The position numbers and the translations under genes are program-made. The notes beneath the pieces were generated by a model. That model searched no databases, was not told the origin of the DNA, and was given only the letters and a program-made list of their open reading frames with translations. From the human T2T-CHM13v2.0 reference genome, Homo sapiens, in the NCBI RefSeq assembly GCF_009914755.1, contig NC_060927.1: a stretch of DNA of 64,000 nucleotides. One strand, given 5' to 3'. This document shows, piece by piece, positions 30,050 through 43,430 of the stretch; position 1 is the stretch's first letter, and every line of letters starts with the position of its first letter.

Positions 30050-32279
30050 TCAGGCAACTATCTTTCTAAAGTCTGGGTCGAGATGCTCTCTTTTTTAGTA
30101 GACTACATTTAGCAACTTGTTCCTACATCATGGGAGTGCTGGGGGGAGAAAAAAAAAAAAGTTATTTCCTAAGAACTCTTTCTAAGCAAAACAATCCTAA
30201 CTCCCATTATTGTTGTGCTATATTTTTAACTTCTCTCTTTCCTAAGCTGTTTGACCAGTGTCAGCCCTTCTTACCCTAAAGACATTTTTATTCTGAATAT
30301 AAATATGGGGTGTGGATAGTGTTTTCTTCCTCCAAATTTTTTTTTCAAGAAGCAAAGCAGAGCACTGAATGTGTAAAAGCCACGCTGCCTGAAGGACCCT
30401 CAGGAGTATAAGGAGGGATTCAGGTAGACAGTAAAAATCCTGGAAAGGGAAATCCAATCTTGACTGTGAGGTGTCCTGGTTCCAGGACTACAAAGAGAAG
30501 GCGGGTCATGGAAGGAAGCTGACTATACTCATCTGCATCTTTGGTGGCAAGCCATAGTGGACAACACTGACCAATTTATGTGAAAAAGGAATTCACTGGA
30601 ATGTTATTGCGCAGCTAATAAAACAAAACAAAGGTTGTAATGCCAGATTTGGAAAGGCAAAAATTAGAGCAACTCAGGGTGTGTAACTAACAGGTCCACA
30701 GTCTTCTTAAAATAAATTGATTCACAGTCTCCTTGGAATGAATGAGCATCAGTTATTTATAGTCTTATCCCTCTGCTCAAGGGTCAACAGAGAAAGCACC
30801 TGTATGACCTAGCTTGGGTCCCATGTCTGTTCCTTGGCCAGTGGATATGGCATGGGGGGAAGGACAGATTGCTTCACAACAGTTCCAGTGATCTGTGTTC
30901 AGTGAAGAAGGGCAGCTATCCCAAAGCAAATTAGAATGCTGATAACCAGAAGAAGGGAAAGTGGATGCTGCTCAGGCAAAAACAAACAATAAATCATCCT
31001 TGTGTTTAGGAATTGTTCATTAGTGACAGTCATTGGCACTAAGACATCCTACAAACCTCATCATTCTATGAGCTTGTGTAACAGTTCACTCTGTCGTTCC
31101 CTTCTCCTGACACTACAGCTAGGTCTCCGACTTCTGTGACTTCAGGAAGTGTGAGAGAAAGAGTGGTATCCTGGAAAGCTCTCACCCAAAAGTCTGTTAA
31201 GAGTCTCAAGTTCCTAAGACAAGCAACCACCTCCTTGTGGAAAAATATGGCCTACCCAATATAACTGTTAAACAGTCACATTTAAGTCAAGGATGTGTTG
31301 CTTCGGTGATTCCATCTGGAGACTTGGCTGGGAAATGCACGGTTTAAAAACATGGCAGCAGTATCTCTTTCTATAAATTTTTTTACTTTGATCAATTACC
31401 ATTCCATTCAGTGGGAAAATGGTATATGGGTCAATGGCCTACTCCACCCACTGGCCAGGAATGTTCTTTGTTTTCTGTGGCATACCCTCAAAAACTCCTT
31501 TTCTGAGTCCTAAAGCAGATTTGAGCTGGATCAACCAATGGGCAATTTGGAGCTCTGGGGGAAGGGAGGCTTTTTTATTAAATCCAAGTGGATTAATCTG
31601 AGGGGCCAACTGGAGTTGTATTGACGCTTCTCTTAGTTCCTGGGTGCATCAGGGACTTAAATTGCACCAAAACTGGTATCGGCCACCTATTTAAAGTAGC
31701 CTTCTCCTAGATATGTCCTATCTGGTCACTCTCTTTTATTTCCTTCCTAGTGTTTACCATCATCTGAAATTACTTCTTGTTATTTGGCATGTTTATCATG
31801 TGTCTCCCACCATTAGGATGTGAGCTCCACAAGGTCAATCTGTCTTCTTTAGAGTTGTGTCCCTACTGCAATGCCCAGCACAGACCAAGCCTTCAATAAA
31901 TATTTGTTTTATGACTAAAGTGCTACAGAATGGAGTGCAACATGGCTATTCATAATACTGGGTTTGGTAACCTTCCCACCCATGGGGAGGAGTGGAAGCT
32001 GATATCCACCTCTTAAATTTAATGTACCCACTAAATGCCAAGCATAGGACACAACATAGCCAACAAAGCAGACATAGTTCCTGCCCTTATAGTTCTTATA
32101 GCATTTTATTTGCTAAAGAACACTGTAGTCTATTTGCTCTGCCAAGCAAGTATCCCAAGATTAGAGTGGTAATAACATTAGCAGTAGTAATTAATCATAA
32201 GAGTAAATAGCTATAATTTATTCAACATCTATGTGCCATGTACTTTGCACATTTTATGTCATTTAAATCCTTCTAACAA

Positions 32280-32475
32280 GACACTGGGGACTCCAAAAAG
32301 TGGGAGGATGGGAGACGAGCAAGAATCGAAAAATTGCCTATCAGGTACAACATTCACTATTTGGGTAATAGGTATACTAGAAGCCCATCCTACCAGACCA
32401 GTATGCAATATACCCACGTAACACACAAGCACATGTACCCCCCAAATCTAAAACAAAATGAAATATCTGGAAAAA
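32280..32475 (+). mobile_element. 5'-truncated L1PB-like 3' end inserted into a MIR
   Basis: gacactggggactccaaaa...cattcactatttgggtaat...gcacatgtacccccc; imperfect TSD aaatc(c/t)ttctaa. Confidence 0.7.
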
Positions 32476-33199
32476 AATCTTTCTAAAAACTACCCTATCA
32501 ATATTAAAGATTTCAAAGATGAGACTACTGGGTCTCTGAATGTTAAGCGGAATCACCTACGGTCATGCAGCTGGTAAGTGTTGAAATCAGCTGACTTATG
32601 TGACTCGAAAGCCCATGATGTTTCATCTACCTCCTACTGCTTCACTCAGAAACAGTCAGGCCTCAGCAACTGTTCTCTCTGCCCTAAGATATCTCTAGCT
32701 CCAGAAGTCAAATCCATTGGATTATTCAGGAAATTTAGAATGCTGTCCAGTCACTACCTCGTAAGGTCCCTCACCTTCCAGCAATAATAATTGCGGTCAC
32801 TTACCTAAATGCTGGCAATGGATCAGGTGTTAGACTTGTCCTATTGCATTAGATCATCATAACAGTCCTGTGCAGTAGATGTTATTGTGCTCATTTTGCA
32901 GATGAGGGACCTGAGGCTTAAAGAGGGCAAACCTCTAGCCCAGTGTCCCACAGCTGCTCAGCAGCAGAGCAAGGTTTCAGAGTCAGATCTGTTAATACTA
33001 AATCCAGCCATGTCAAACCACATATAGTTGCCATCAACTTCCTGTCTTTTTTTTTTTTTTTGTCTCTGTGTTTTCTCTTAAGTTTTCAGAGATATCTCTT
33101 CCTCCTTTCTTCCATAGCGAACACTTGCTGCTCTTTGAAATCTCAACGTAAGCATCACTTCCTCAAGAGGAGTATCTTAGACTTCCCTGTCTTCTGCCC

Positions 33200-33710
33200 A
33201 GTATCATTCAGGAATCTTAGGGTTAGAGCAGAGAGACTGCATTTAAGCAAATACATAAGTCCACATGTGCATTTGGCTTCAGTGATACCAGGATCCAACG
33301 AGGTCAAGGGCCAGGTCTCAACTTTTCTCATGCTCTACCTCTAACATTCTCAGCACAGGAAGGTCTTTCCTAACATTGTAGCACACCAGATCCCCAGACT
33401 AACATCTAACTGTAACCTATTTATCAACCCAGAAGAAAGACTTCTGCTCTGGCAAAGTCCTGAGTAGAACTCTCATTGGCCCTATTTGGGTCAGGTGCAC
33501 AGTTCTGAGCCATTGGCTGTGACCAGGAAGGTGCTGCACTCTGATTGGCCAGGCCTGGATCACATGCCCATGCGGAGGGCTGGAATAGCTTCCACCTTAA
33601 CCGTGTGGACTGAGAATGGGGGAGGGGTGGTTTTTCCAAAGGAAATACTGGGTGCTATTACCAGACGGGAGAATGATTATAGCAGGCAAAAATAACAGAT
33701 GTCCACTACA
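33200..33710 (-). mobile_element. MLT1 (MLT1K-like) LTR
   Basis: ctctgattggccaggcctggatcacatgccc...ccaaaggaaa...gggtgctattaccaga...gatgtccactaca. Confidence 0.6.
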
Positions 33711-33837
33711 CACACCAACCCAGACTAGATTGAATGCCCAATTTCATCTTCTTAACCACGCACTGTATGGGGATTTTTGTTGTATGTGTTTTTCTCCTCC
33801 ACTAAACTATAAACCCCTCCAGGGCAGAGGCTATGTC

Positions 33838-33924
33838 CTCTCTCTCTCTCTCTCTCTGTATATATATATATATGTATATATATATGTGTGTGTGTGTGTA
33901 TCTATATATATGTGTATATATATA

Positions 33925-33960
<36 letters not shown>
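33838..33960. repeat. Compound (CT)n/(TA)n/(TG)n microsatellite at an Alu tail
   Basis: Direct reading. Confidence 0.9.
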
Positions 33961-34255
<295 letters not shown>

Positions 34256-34767
34256 TCTCCTCTTCTTCTTTGTAAATTCAGCACCCAATAGACTGCCTGA
34301 CACATAAGAGATGTTCAAGCCATATTTGTTGAGTGAATGTCAAATGTATGAATTTAAGAAGAGCTGATGGTATTTCATCTTACGTCTTTCTTTCAAAGGC
34401 AGCACCATGGTGAAGTGGAAAGAACACATGTGCCAAATCAGTGTTTTTCAAAGTATAGTTTGGGGAACCACCTGCATCAGATCAGATGCAGATTCCTGGG
34501 CCATAAACCAGATCTGTTGACTTGGCATCTCATGAAATGCTAAGTTTCATGGGGTCCAGAAATCTCCATTTTTAGCAAAATGTTTATGTGATTCTTATGT
34601 ACATTCCTGTTAGTACCGTGGCACCACTATCAGACAATCAACTGAGGGTGAGTCCCAGCTTTATTGTGTGTCAGTTATGTGAACTAAAGGGAGTCATACC
34701 CTCTCAGCAACTCAGTTTGCTCCCTTTTAAAATAGGGCTAAGAAAACTACCTCATAAATACGTAGTA

Positions 34768-35087
34768 AGCCGGGTGCAGTGGCTCACGCCTTTAATCCCA
34801 ACACGTTGGGAGGCTGAGGAGGGAGGATTGCCTGAACCCAGGAGTTCAAGTCCAGCCTGGGCAATGTAGCAAGACACTACAAACATTTACAAAATTAGCT
34901 GAGCATGGTGGCACATGGTGGCGCATGGTGGCACACGCCGGCACATGCCTGTGGTCCCAGCTACTCAGGAAGTTGAGGTGGGAGGATCACTTGGCTGCAG
35001 TGAGCTATGATCAAGCAACCACATTCCAGCCCGGATGACAGAGCAAGACAAGACACTGTCTCAAAAAAAAAAAAAAAAAAAAAAAAA
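34768..35087 (+). mobile_element. Alu (AluJ-like) with internal catggtggc(a/g) stutter
   Basis: Alu arms recognisable; catggtggc repeated three times at about 34905-34932. Confidence 0.88.
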
Positions 35088-36799
35088 GTAATGAGGAGTC
35101 AACAAGATAACACTGGTAGTTTCTTTATAAAGCGTTGTATAAAAGTTTTAATACTTGAGTTTTTCTAATAATAATGGACTCTGGAATGCTTAGTATATAC
35201 ACGCCAGTTGTTGTTCTACAGTTCTAATTGTATGTGTTAACTCATTTAACTCTCACAACAACCCTGAGAGATAGGTATCCTTAATATTTCCATTTTGCAG
35301 ATGAAGACACAGAGATAAAAGTTGTTTTCTGGCAAGTGGCTGAGACAAGATTTGAACTCAGCTTGCTCTTATGCCAGACTCCAGGCTCCTAGCCACTCAC
35401 CCTTTCTTCTTAGAGATAACATGCCATCCTTCCTTAGGCAATTAAGCACCAGCCACTTCAGTGGCAAAGTGAGGACATTTGGAAACTCTGGGGACACCAT
35501 TGAAACTTTCTGAGGCAAAATAACTCCAAATAAGACCTAGGACTGAAAAACACTGAAGAAAGGAGAGAAACAATGACAGTCATGTTGGGCCATGTAGCTT
35601 TAACAGGATGCCTTGGTGAAGAATTAACTGTATCAGATTCTGGTCTCTCTGCAGTAGAAAAGTCTCATTTTCACCTCCCTTTCCTGAAACACACCTTCTT
35701 GATTCTGTAACACTTCTGTGCTTTGAAAACCAGAGCTAGTCTCTAATCTTAGATGACTGTTTTTATTTTGAATTTGGTATACTTCTTCTTCCTCCTTTCT
35801 AACTTCTAGACACTAATACATTTTTTTCCATGAAGCATGAGCAAAGTCTGGAAGTGCAAGCCAAGCCCTCAGAAATGTGATAGCTGTTACCAAGGATTTG
35901 AGAGTAAGAATACAAAACCTAGAATCAAGATTTAAATGCTGCACTCTAGTATCTGAGATGGCACCCATCCACCTCAATGATGGAATCAACAAGGCATTAA
36001 GAAACCAGAGAATTTGTTCTGGGTTGCTTAACTAATGGACTAAACTTAAAAATCCTGTCACACCTCTAGCTTCTGTTTACCTGGCTCTGCTGAACACCAA
36101 GTGTAAAAGAACCTCTCTAACACTTCTGCTGTTGGGATGCCTGGACGTTTATGTTTAATTAAAATGTAATATGTATCTCATATAGACATATACTGTTGAC
36201 CTACTTTGTTCAAAAAAGGAAACATTAAAATGAGGTAGTTTCTTAAAGCCAGAGGAACAACTATAATAATTTGAATGCTTCATGACCTATTCCACAAAGC
36301 CGTGGCAGGATCAATGTCTTCATTTCCTTGCCATCTCTGCTCCGTGCAGAATTAGGAAGGCAATCACCTAAGGGTGAAGGTTTTGAATGGTCACTAGGAC
36401 AAAGGAGGGTAGAAAAACTGAATGTGAGCTGGTAACATATGGTGCCCTTGGGAGGCCTATGGGTCTAGAAGAGAGGGGGGTGGCTTGCTGATTGCCAGCA
36501 GCTAATTACCAAATTATCAGAACTTTTGGGGAACCCTCGAATGCTAGCCTGATACATTCATTTTTCACTCATGAAAGAAACATCCAGAGGGTGGGGGATG
36601 GGCACCAAGAGCTTCAAATCAGCACCTCCAAAGGCCTGGGGCTGGTGGCTGGAGTTTGCTCTGCCACGGAGAGTCAGTCCACCCTTCTGCTTATTTCCTA
36701 ACTCTTGGCCTGTTGAGTTCTTCACACTATCTGTCCACTGTCCACCAAGGGGCCTGGCCATGGTTCCCTTTTCTTGGGCTATGTACTTTCAACCAGTTT

Positions 36800-37500
36800 T
36801 GAGCAGCCCCATTTCAGATTGGCCTTTTTATGTTTGATATAAAGAATAGTTGTTGGCCAATTTCATCTTTTCATCGCTGTTCTCTAGGCCTGAATCCAAG
36901 CAGTTTGTCAGATGCTCATTAACTCCCCCTTTGGCTCTTTCTAGTGTGTCTCCTAAGCTCATTGTGCCAAGAACTAACGCTTTCTTTTACACGATTCTCT
37001 TTCTCTGCTCCATCAGGGAGACAAATTACTTTCCAAAAGGGATCGCCAGGGATGGTTTAATGAGAATTTCTTTGGGGCTAGGCATAGAACGCAATGTAGT
37101 TAACATTCGGTGGACTTAATTGGACTTTTCTTTTCTGCCTCTTTTAAAAAAAATCTGAAGCTATCCTGTTAATCTCTCATTTGTAATCAATTGTGTTGAC
37201 TAAACAAAAGTCTAGGTCGTCTTTTCTTCCTGTCCCAGACAATCCTTTGTTGCCTCTAAATGCCTCATTCTTGAGTGATCCTGGTCGCGTAGATGGGCCC
37301 GATTGTTGACAGTTCATTATTGCGCTTTTGTCCATTTAATCTTTCTTGCTGTGTTTTGCATGTGCATGCCTTAATGAGCTCCGTTGGCAATTAACATGTT
37401 TCTAGGAGCAAACTGGTTGCTCAGACGTTTGAGAGGGAAGTGCAGGGAAAAGGGCAACGCAGCTGCCTTGAGGTTGTTTATTTCCCAGCGTTTTCTCAAG
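36800..37500. promoter_or_regulatory. Candidate FEZF2 downstream enhancer with clustered SOX and homeodomain motifs
   Basis: Repeat-free. CATTGTG 36960, CAATTGTG 37188, AACAAAAG 37203, ACAAT 37239, CTTTGTT 37245, ATTGTT 37302, plus several TAAT cores. The position 7.5-8 kb downstream of the TSS fits the SOX4/11/5-bound Fezf2 E4 (VISTA hs434) enhancer as I recall it. Confidence 0.6.
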
Positions 37501-40500
37501 ACTCCTGTCCTCTCTTTGGCAGCCCCCCCACCCTTCCTCTTATCACCTCTTTCCCTCCCCCGGCCCACTCACCACCAGCACACCTGGACGCCTTACTGCT
37601 TTAACTCTTGGACCTGGCTCAGGCAGCCCCCTACTCACTTGTGAGCCAAACAGCAAAATGGGGACCATCTAGACCCACTTCTGCGGCTAAGGCAAGAATG
37701 AGCACAGTGCTCCCCAAAATGTGTCTGGGATGTTGGCAACTTTTCTGTGTCACTCTTTGCAGAGAGGAACCTCTAACCCGCCTAAGGCAATAGGACTGTA
37801 CAATCTGTTATGTACGAGGCTGTGGCTTTGGAAGAAGGTTTTTTTTTTTTTTTTTTTTTGAGTCTTGCTGGCAAGATTGCTGAAGTGTGAGCAGTCATGG
37901 ACAGAACAAACATCTTGTAGGGGAAAAGATAATTGGAGTCTTTTTTGTGTCTGTGACAGGATTCCCCTCCCCCGCAATTTGATTTCTTAAAAATATTTTT
38001 TAAGGGCAGCCTCTTCAATTTAATCAAGGTTAGAATATTAATATGTAGCTGATGACTACCTTGTTTAAGTCATTTATTAATATTATAAACTACAAGTCAT
38101 GCAAACAGTTTAATATTAAGAGAGAGAAAAATCAGAAAACAGAGCCTTTCACCCATCAATTCCGATGCATGGTGAGTAACTAAGAAGGATGAATAGCTAA
38201 GATGGTTACTGAAAGGGCTTAGTGTTGGCTTTAGAACATGTGCTGGCTGTGAAAGGTGTTTTGTAATTCAGGCAGAAGGTTCATTTTCTCCTCACACTAC
38301 TTTTCAGGTGAAGGAATCCTTTCCTGAATCCCACACCTGAAGGAAGCCGACATCTTAAACCTGGGAGTGACTTCAAACTTGTGGAAAGTAGAACTAAGCC
38401 CTATAGATACAGAGAACTCTGTTTATCTACAATTAGCACCAGATGTGAAATAACACCTTCTCAGGTGAGAGCGATTGACAGAAGCTGGTGTGAAGGTCTA
38501 GTAACAATCAAGTTATGAGGAAACAACCTCAAGGATGTTGAAGTGTGCAAGAAACTCTACTCAGTTATACCCCTGAGCTACAGTTAATGTTCCTCCCCCC
38601 ACCACTGCAGAGATGAGCAGTCCATGAGAGAAATGCCTCCACCTCTACGCATGAGTTTTATATTATTTGCTGCCTAGTTTGCAAGCAAGCACGCCCCCAT
38701 CCCTCTTCAGAATTTTAAGCCTGGAAGCAAATTTCTCCAGTTTTATGAGATGGGGGACCCTAGGAGTCTCTCTCCGTGAAAACTTATTACAGACTTTCTC
38801 AAAGAATGTTCTCTCACTTGATGGTTAGGGAGTTATTTCCCTGGGCAGTGGTGGGGAAGGCGTTCTCTCTTTTATTTATCTCTCCTTCTTAAAGAGAACT
38901 TGACCCTGATTTCCACGTGCAGGCCAACTTTTCCCATAACTTTTAAAAGAGGAGACCTTGCATTAAATTTTGTGGTATCTGTCCCTCACCCAAAGTTTTG
39001 GAGCTATTTAAGAAAAAGGTGGGCTTGCCCTGGTCATTGTCTGGTCTTCAAGAACCACATTTGCAAAGGATCCTCTCCAGAGGAAGGAAAAGATTTTGGT
39101 TGAGATGGCTGTCATAGGGCACTGTCATAGAACACCCAAGATCTCCCAGACGTAATGGGGGGAGAGCGCTAATAAGACACTATTGTACTATATGAGGACA
39201 AGGAAAGGGAGCTGACTCCTTAAACCGGCCTGCAGTCTCCCTGGGGATAGATGTCTGGGAAAAGCAAGGCGATATTTTCATATCCTTAGCCGCCAAGTCC
39301 TCCTCGCCCATCCTGGGGTTTCCTGGGGTTTGTGGCATCCACCGAGATTTCGGAGTTAAATCTGCATATTCCTCTGGGTCCCAATCTCCCCTAAGCGAAC
39401 TGCAGCCAGAACGAGCTAACATTTAAATTCCCCCTCGCTTCCTCTTCCCCCCTCCCCTGGCTGCGTCTTCCTAGACTTGAGGGGAGGAGGGGAGGAATAC
39501 AAAAAAACGAGGACGCTCTCCTTTCAGGAAATGGAATTCTAATGTACGCGTTCCTATTTCTGAATCGGAGGTACTAAAAATACCCCCGCGACAGCCTGAG
39601 GAAGCTGTCGCCGTCCTCTGTGCAAACAAAATCGACAATTCTCCTTCCCCGCGCAATGGGTCTGCGAATTGGGCGGCGGGCGGGGACAGAACCGTTGGCT
39701 GACCAGGACACAACCTCCATCCTGCCCCAGAGCGTCTTTCTCCGAGCCCCAACCCCGAGATTCTTCCTCCACTGAAGCGCAGGCCTCCTAAAACCCCCGG
39801 AGTTCGAATTCCTGCTCTACCAAGCCTGGTGACCCCAGGCATGTCACATAGTTCATCTCTGCCTCTATTTCTCCGTCTGTAGAGTGGGAATAATCATGCC
39901 CAGCTTGAGGGTTGTAGTCACCGTTCGAGAGGATGTGTGTTAAGTTCCTGGCATAGAGCAAGCCCTCGGGAGATGACAGGGTTTTCGCTAGTGGAAACCA
40001 CTGGCACTCTCAGCACTGAGCGCCTACTGTATACCAGGTGTTGGGCAAACCCGCACTCCAGTCACTTTCTGAGTTACTTGGCGGAGTGAGGGGGTGCCCT
40101 TTGCGTTAAGCATCTTTCCCTTCAAATAGTCGCCTCCCGCCGTGGAAATACGCGTGGGGTCAGCTCCCAGCCACACTCGCCCCCTCAATGGGGAGGTTGC
40201 GTGGAAGCGCACTCCCGGGCCCCGCGCCGCACTTCCTCCTGGCGCTGGGGAACATTGTTCCAAAAGACGTGGGCTGAATCGCCGCGCGGATATTAAAAGT
40301 GTGTGTGGGGGGAGGCCCGGAGCGACGCGCCAGTAATCCGAGCTCTTGATTATCCAGATTCGGATCAAACGGGGCGGCGGCGGCCGGCCCCCTCCTGGGA
40401 ATGATTAGATGATTAATGTAATGCTGTTTGAAGGGTCTCTGTTTTCTCTCTTAATTTGGGTCATTACTTAGAAAGCAAGCGTGAGATCATTTCATCAGCG

Positions 40501-41199
40501 TGCTCGGCAGCAGAGATAGCTATTCAGGAAATGGGCTAACGGAGCGGTAATCAGGACCCAGGAGGCGGCGGCGGCGGCGGCAGCGAGCTCGGGGAGCCCG
40601 GGCGCGCCCTCCGGCGGCAGGGCTCAGGGCACCGGGAGGCCAGCCCCAGACCGAGAGCGCAGGCCAGTGAGCCCCGAGGCTCTGGCTGGCCTGGGGGACC
40701 CTTACCCTCCAGTTCTCGCCGCCAAGGGAGATTGGGAGCGGTGGTTGCCCTCCTTAGGTCTCCCGGAGAAGGGGACGCGCCCAGAAGCTCTCCGGTGGGG
40801 TAGGGCGTAGATCGCTTACCCTCGCGGGGCGTGGCGCTTTGCTCAAGGACGCTCCCAAAAGCTGCTCCCCAACACCCAGTCGCTTTTAACCCTTTTCTTT
40901 GAATTTGCTTACCCAAATAAGGCAACACCCAGAATCCCAAGCGTCTGAACAGTCACCAAATAAAAACTTGGCACCTGCTGTAGGCCGACGTAGGCCTGCT
41001 CGCCCTCACTCCTGGGGGCCTTAGCACACAAGCCCAGCAAGAACACCGGTTTGGCCTCAACCCTGGCCCCAGCGTCCCAAAATTGGTGCATTTAGGAAGG
41101 AAATGCTATAAACGCCTAATTCCTTCTCGTTCTTTGGGGTTGCTGAGCTGACCTCGCCGCGAGGGGAGAGGGGGAAAAAAACGCGCACTAATGATTCTG

Positions 41200-41205
41200 T
41201 TTATT
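41200..41205 (-). terminator. FEZF2: FEZF2 polyadenylation signal
   Basis: TTTATT on + equals AATAAA on -, about 390 nt past the stop, followed on the - strand by a GT/T-rich element. Confidence 0.85.
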
Positions 41206-41597
41206 GAGTTATATATGTATATATTCCGTGTTCGCTTGTACAGGAGGATTTACATGGCTGTATAAAGATGGCTAGGGGCGCCGCGCTCTTCTGGGGCGCT
41301 CACGGTGACAGGCTGGGGTTAAAACTGGCTGCCCCAGGAGAAGCGGAGGCCTGGAATTAAATACGTTTCGGCGCACTGGATTTAAATAAGTTTCCTGAAT
41401 ATACAAAGGTGGGGGCCACGAGTTTGCTGCCAGTCATCGAGGAAACATTTAGCTTTCCAAAAATATGCTGGTTTCGATAAATAGATTTTAGCCTCTCTGC
41501 TATAGTTTTTTTTTTCTTTTAATTTTAGAAATAAGTTTATATGTGTGATCTGTTTTCAGGTGGTACAGGGAGGGAAGGAAGGGCAAGGCAGTAGCTC

Positions 41598-41857
41598 TCA
41601 GCTCTGCACTGTCCTAGTCAGGTCCTTTGCGGAGGGGGCAGCAGGGCCCACGCTGTCGTGGAGTTTGCGCACATGTTTCTTTAAGTCAAAGTTTCTGCAA
41701 AACCCTTTGCCGCAAGTGGCGCACGTGAAAGGCTTCTTGTCGTTGTGGGTGTGCATATGGAAGGTTAGGTTGTAGACCTGGTGGAAGGCCTTGTTGCAGA
41801 TGGTACATTTGTACTGCTTCTCGCCGCTGTGGGTCAGCTTGTGGTTCTTGTAGTTCC
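41598..41857 (-). CDS. FEZF2: FEZF2 last coding exon (end of ZF4, ZF5, ZF6, C-terminus ...DLTRTVQS*)
   Basis: tgttgtag acceptor, phase 1; reads NYKNHKLTH...[23 protein letters not shown]...[24 protein letters not shown]; TGA at 41600-41598; 260 nt. Confidence 0.97.
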
Positions 41858-42731
41858 CTACAACAGATCAAGAACAAAAAACGTGGGGGTATGGAGTAGA
41901 ATGGTGGGGAGGAAGAGGCGGGCGTCCCAGGGGCAGCCCAGGTGCCTGCTCAAAAAAGGCGACGCTTGGCTAGGCGGGCGCGACCTCTTCGAGTGAAGAA
42001 GTTGTCAAACTTCGTAAGCGTCAAGCCGGGTGCTCTCCCGACAAGACCGAGACTGAGTCCCGCGGAGCCGCTCTGCGCTCCTGCTCTGCCCGCCACAGAG
42101 GCTGGTGCAGCTTCCCTCCCGCCGCGCTCCGCGGGCCGGGAAACTTTTGCGTAGCCCAGAGACGCACCGAGTCCTTCTCCTGGCTGATGCCTCGCTAGAA
42201 GAAATTCGCACGAACCCGGGCTTCATCCTTTTTCTTTTCCCCCTTCTCATTTTTAAAGTTACTTCTTTCTCGCCCCCCAACTACCAACTGAAGATCCAAA
42301 AGTGCCTTGGAAAATCCGATCCAGGGGCCAAGGATCATACCGGTTTCCCCCAATCTTAGATTGTTCCCGGGAGGGTTATTTTGCCTCCAATATTTTTCAT
42401 TTGAAAGGGAAGTTCCGGATACAAAAGGAACCTTTTTCTATAGGGCAATACCCTCTCCTTTTCCTACATCCTTTCCTTCTGTCCCCGTGCTTCCTTCGAC
42501 CTCTCGAATTCGGAGTCTCTCAGTGCACCCAGCCTGCATACAGCGTGGTCTACTAACCCCGCTAGGAGAGCTTCCCCCTACACCAGGCACAACCCGATTC
42601 TAAAGAAATGCTGCGCCCGCGCCTGCAGATTTCGCCTTCTCTCTCCAGATCCCTCTTTGCCTTCCTGCCAGCCAGCCGCGACCCGAGTCCTGAGGTGAGG
42701 TGAGAAGAGAAGGCCTCGCCTGGCACGTTAC

Positions 42732-42864
42732 CTTTTTGGTGAAAGCCTTTGCCGCAAAATTCGCAGACGAAGGGCTTGTAGCCCGCGTGGATGCGGATAT
42801 GCGTGTTGAGCGTGGAGCTGCGGTTGAACGCTTTGCCGCACTGGTTGCATTTATGTGGCTTTTC
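42732..42864 (-). CDS. FEZF2: FEZF2 coding exon (ZF3 and start of ZF4)
   Basis: cctcag acceptor and AAG|gtaacg donor; 133 nt; [44 protein letters not shown]. Confidence 0.97.
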
Positions 42865-43047
42865 CTGAGGAAAGGGGCGAGTGCACAGTAAGGAGAGGCC
42901 ACCTCGGGAACACCTGGAAGGGACATCCCCCCCACCCCCACTCAACCCTAGAGGGTAAGGGATAATCTTTGGCCATCGTATCCCCGGTGTTATCACTAAG
43001 ATTCTGGGGGTTGCGCGCGGGCTAGGCCCGACCCGGGGGCCACGTAC

Positions 43048-43182
43048 CTGGGTGTGGATAATTTTGTGCCTGCAGAGCGTGCTGGCCTGGCGAAAGCCTT
43101 TGCCGCAGACTTTGCACACGAACGGTCTGGCTCCGGTGTGGACCGGCATGTGGCGGGTGAGATTATAGTGAGCGTTAAACAC
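43048..43182 (-). CDS. FEZF2: FEZF2 coding exon (end of ZF1, ZF2)
   Basis: ccatag acceptor and CAG|gtacgt donor; 135 nt; [45 protein letters not shown]. Confidence 0.97.
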
Positions 43183-43359
43183 CTATGGAAAGACATGGGG
43201 GGCCTTGTGGTGCGTCTGTCCGAGGGCCTACAATCAGCCCCGGGGGGGCCACAGCCTACCTCCCCCAACCAACACCCCCTTCAGAAACCAGAGCCTTTTT
43301 CAGTTTGTAAAGTGCTGCCCAAACTCCTGCTTACACCAATACTGTGTGGCCGCTGACAA

Positions 43360-43430
43360 GGGCATCCCCATTTTACAGAATAGGAAACTGAGGCCCAACG
43401 AGGCTCCCAGTTTGGGTAGTCAACTACTGG
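43360..43430 (-). mobile_element. MIR core fragment in FEZF2 intron 2
   Basis: atccccattttacagaataggaaactgaggccca resembles the MIR core. Confidence 0.6.
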
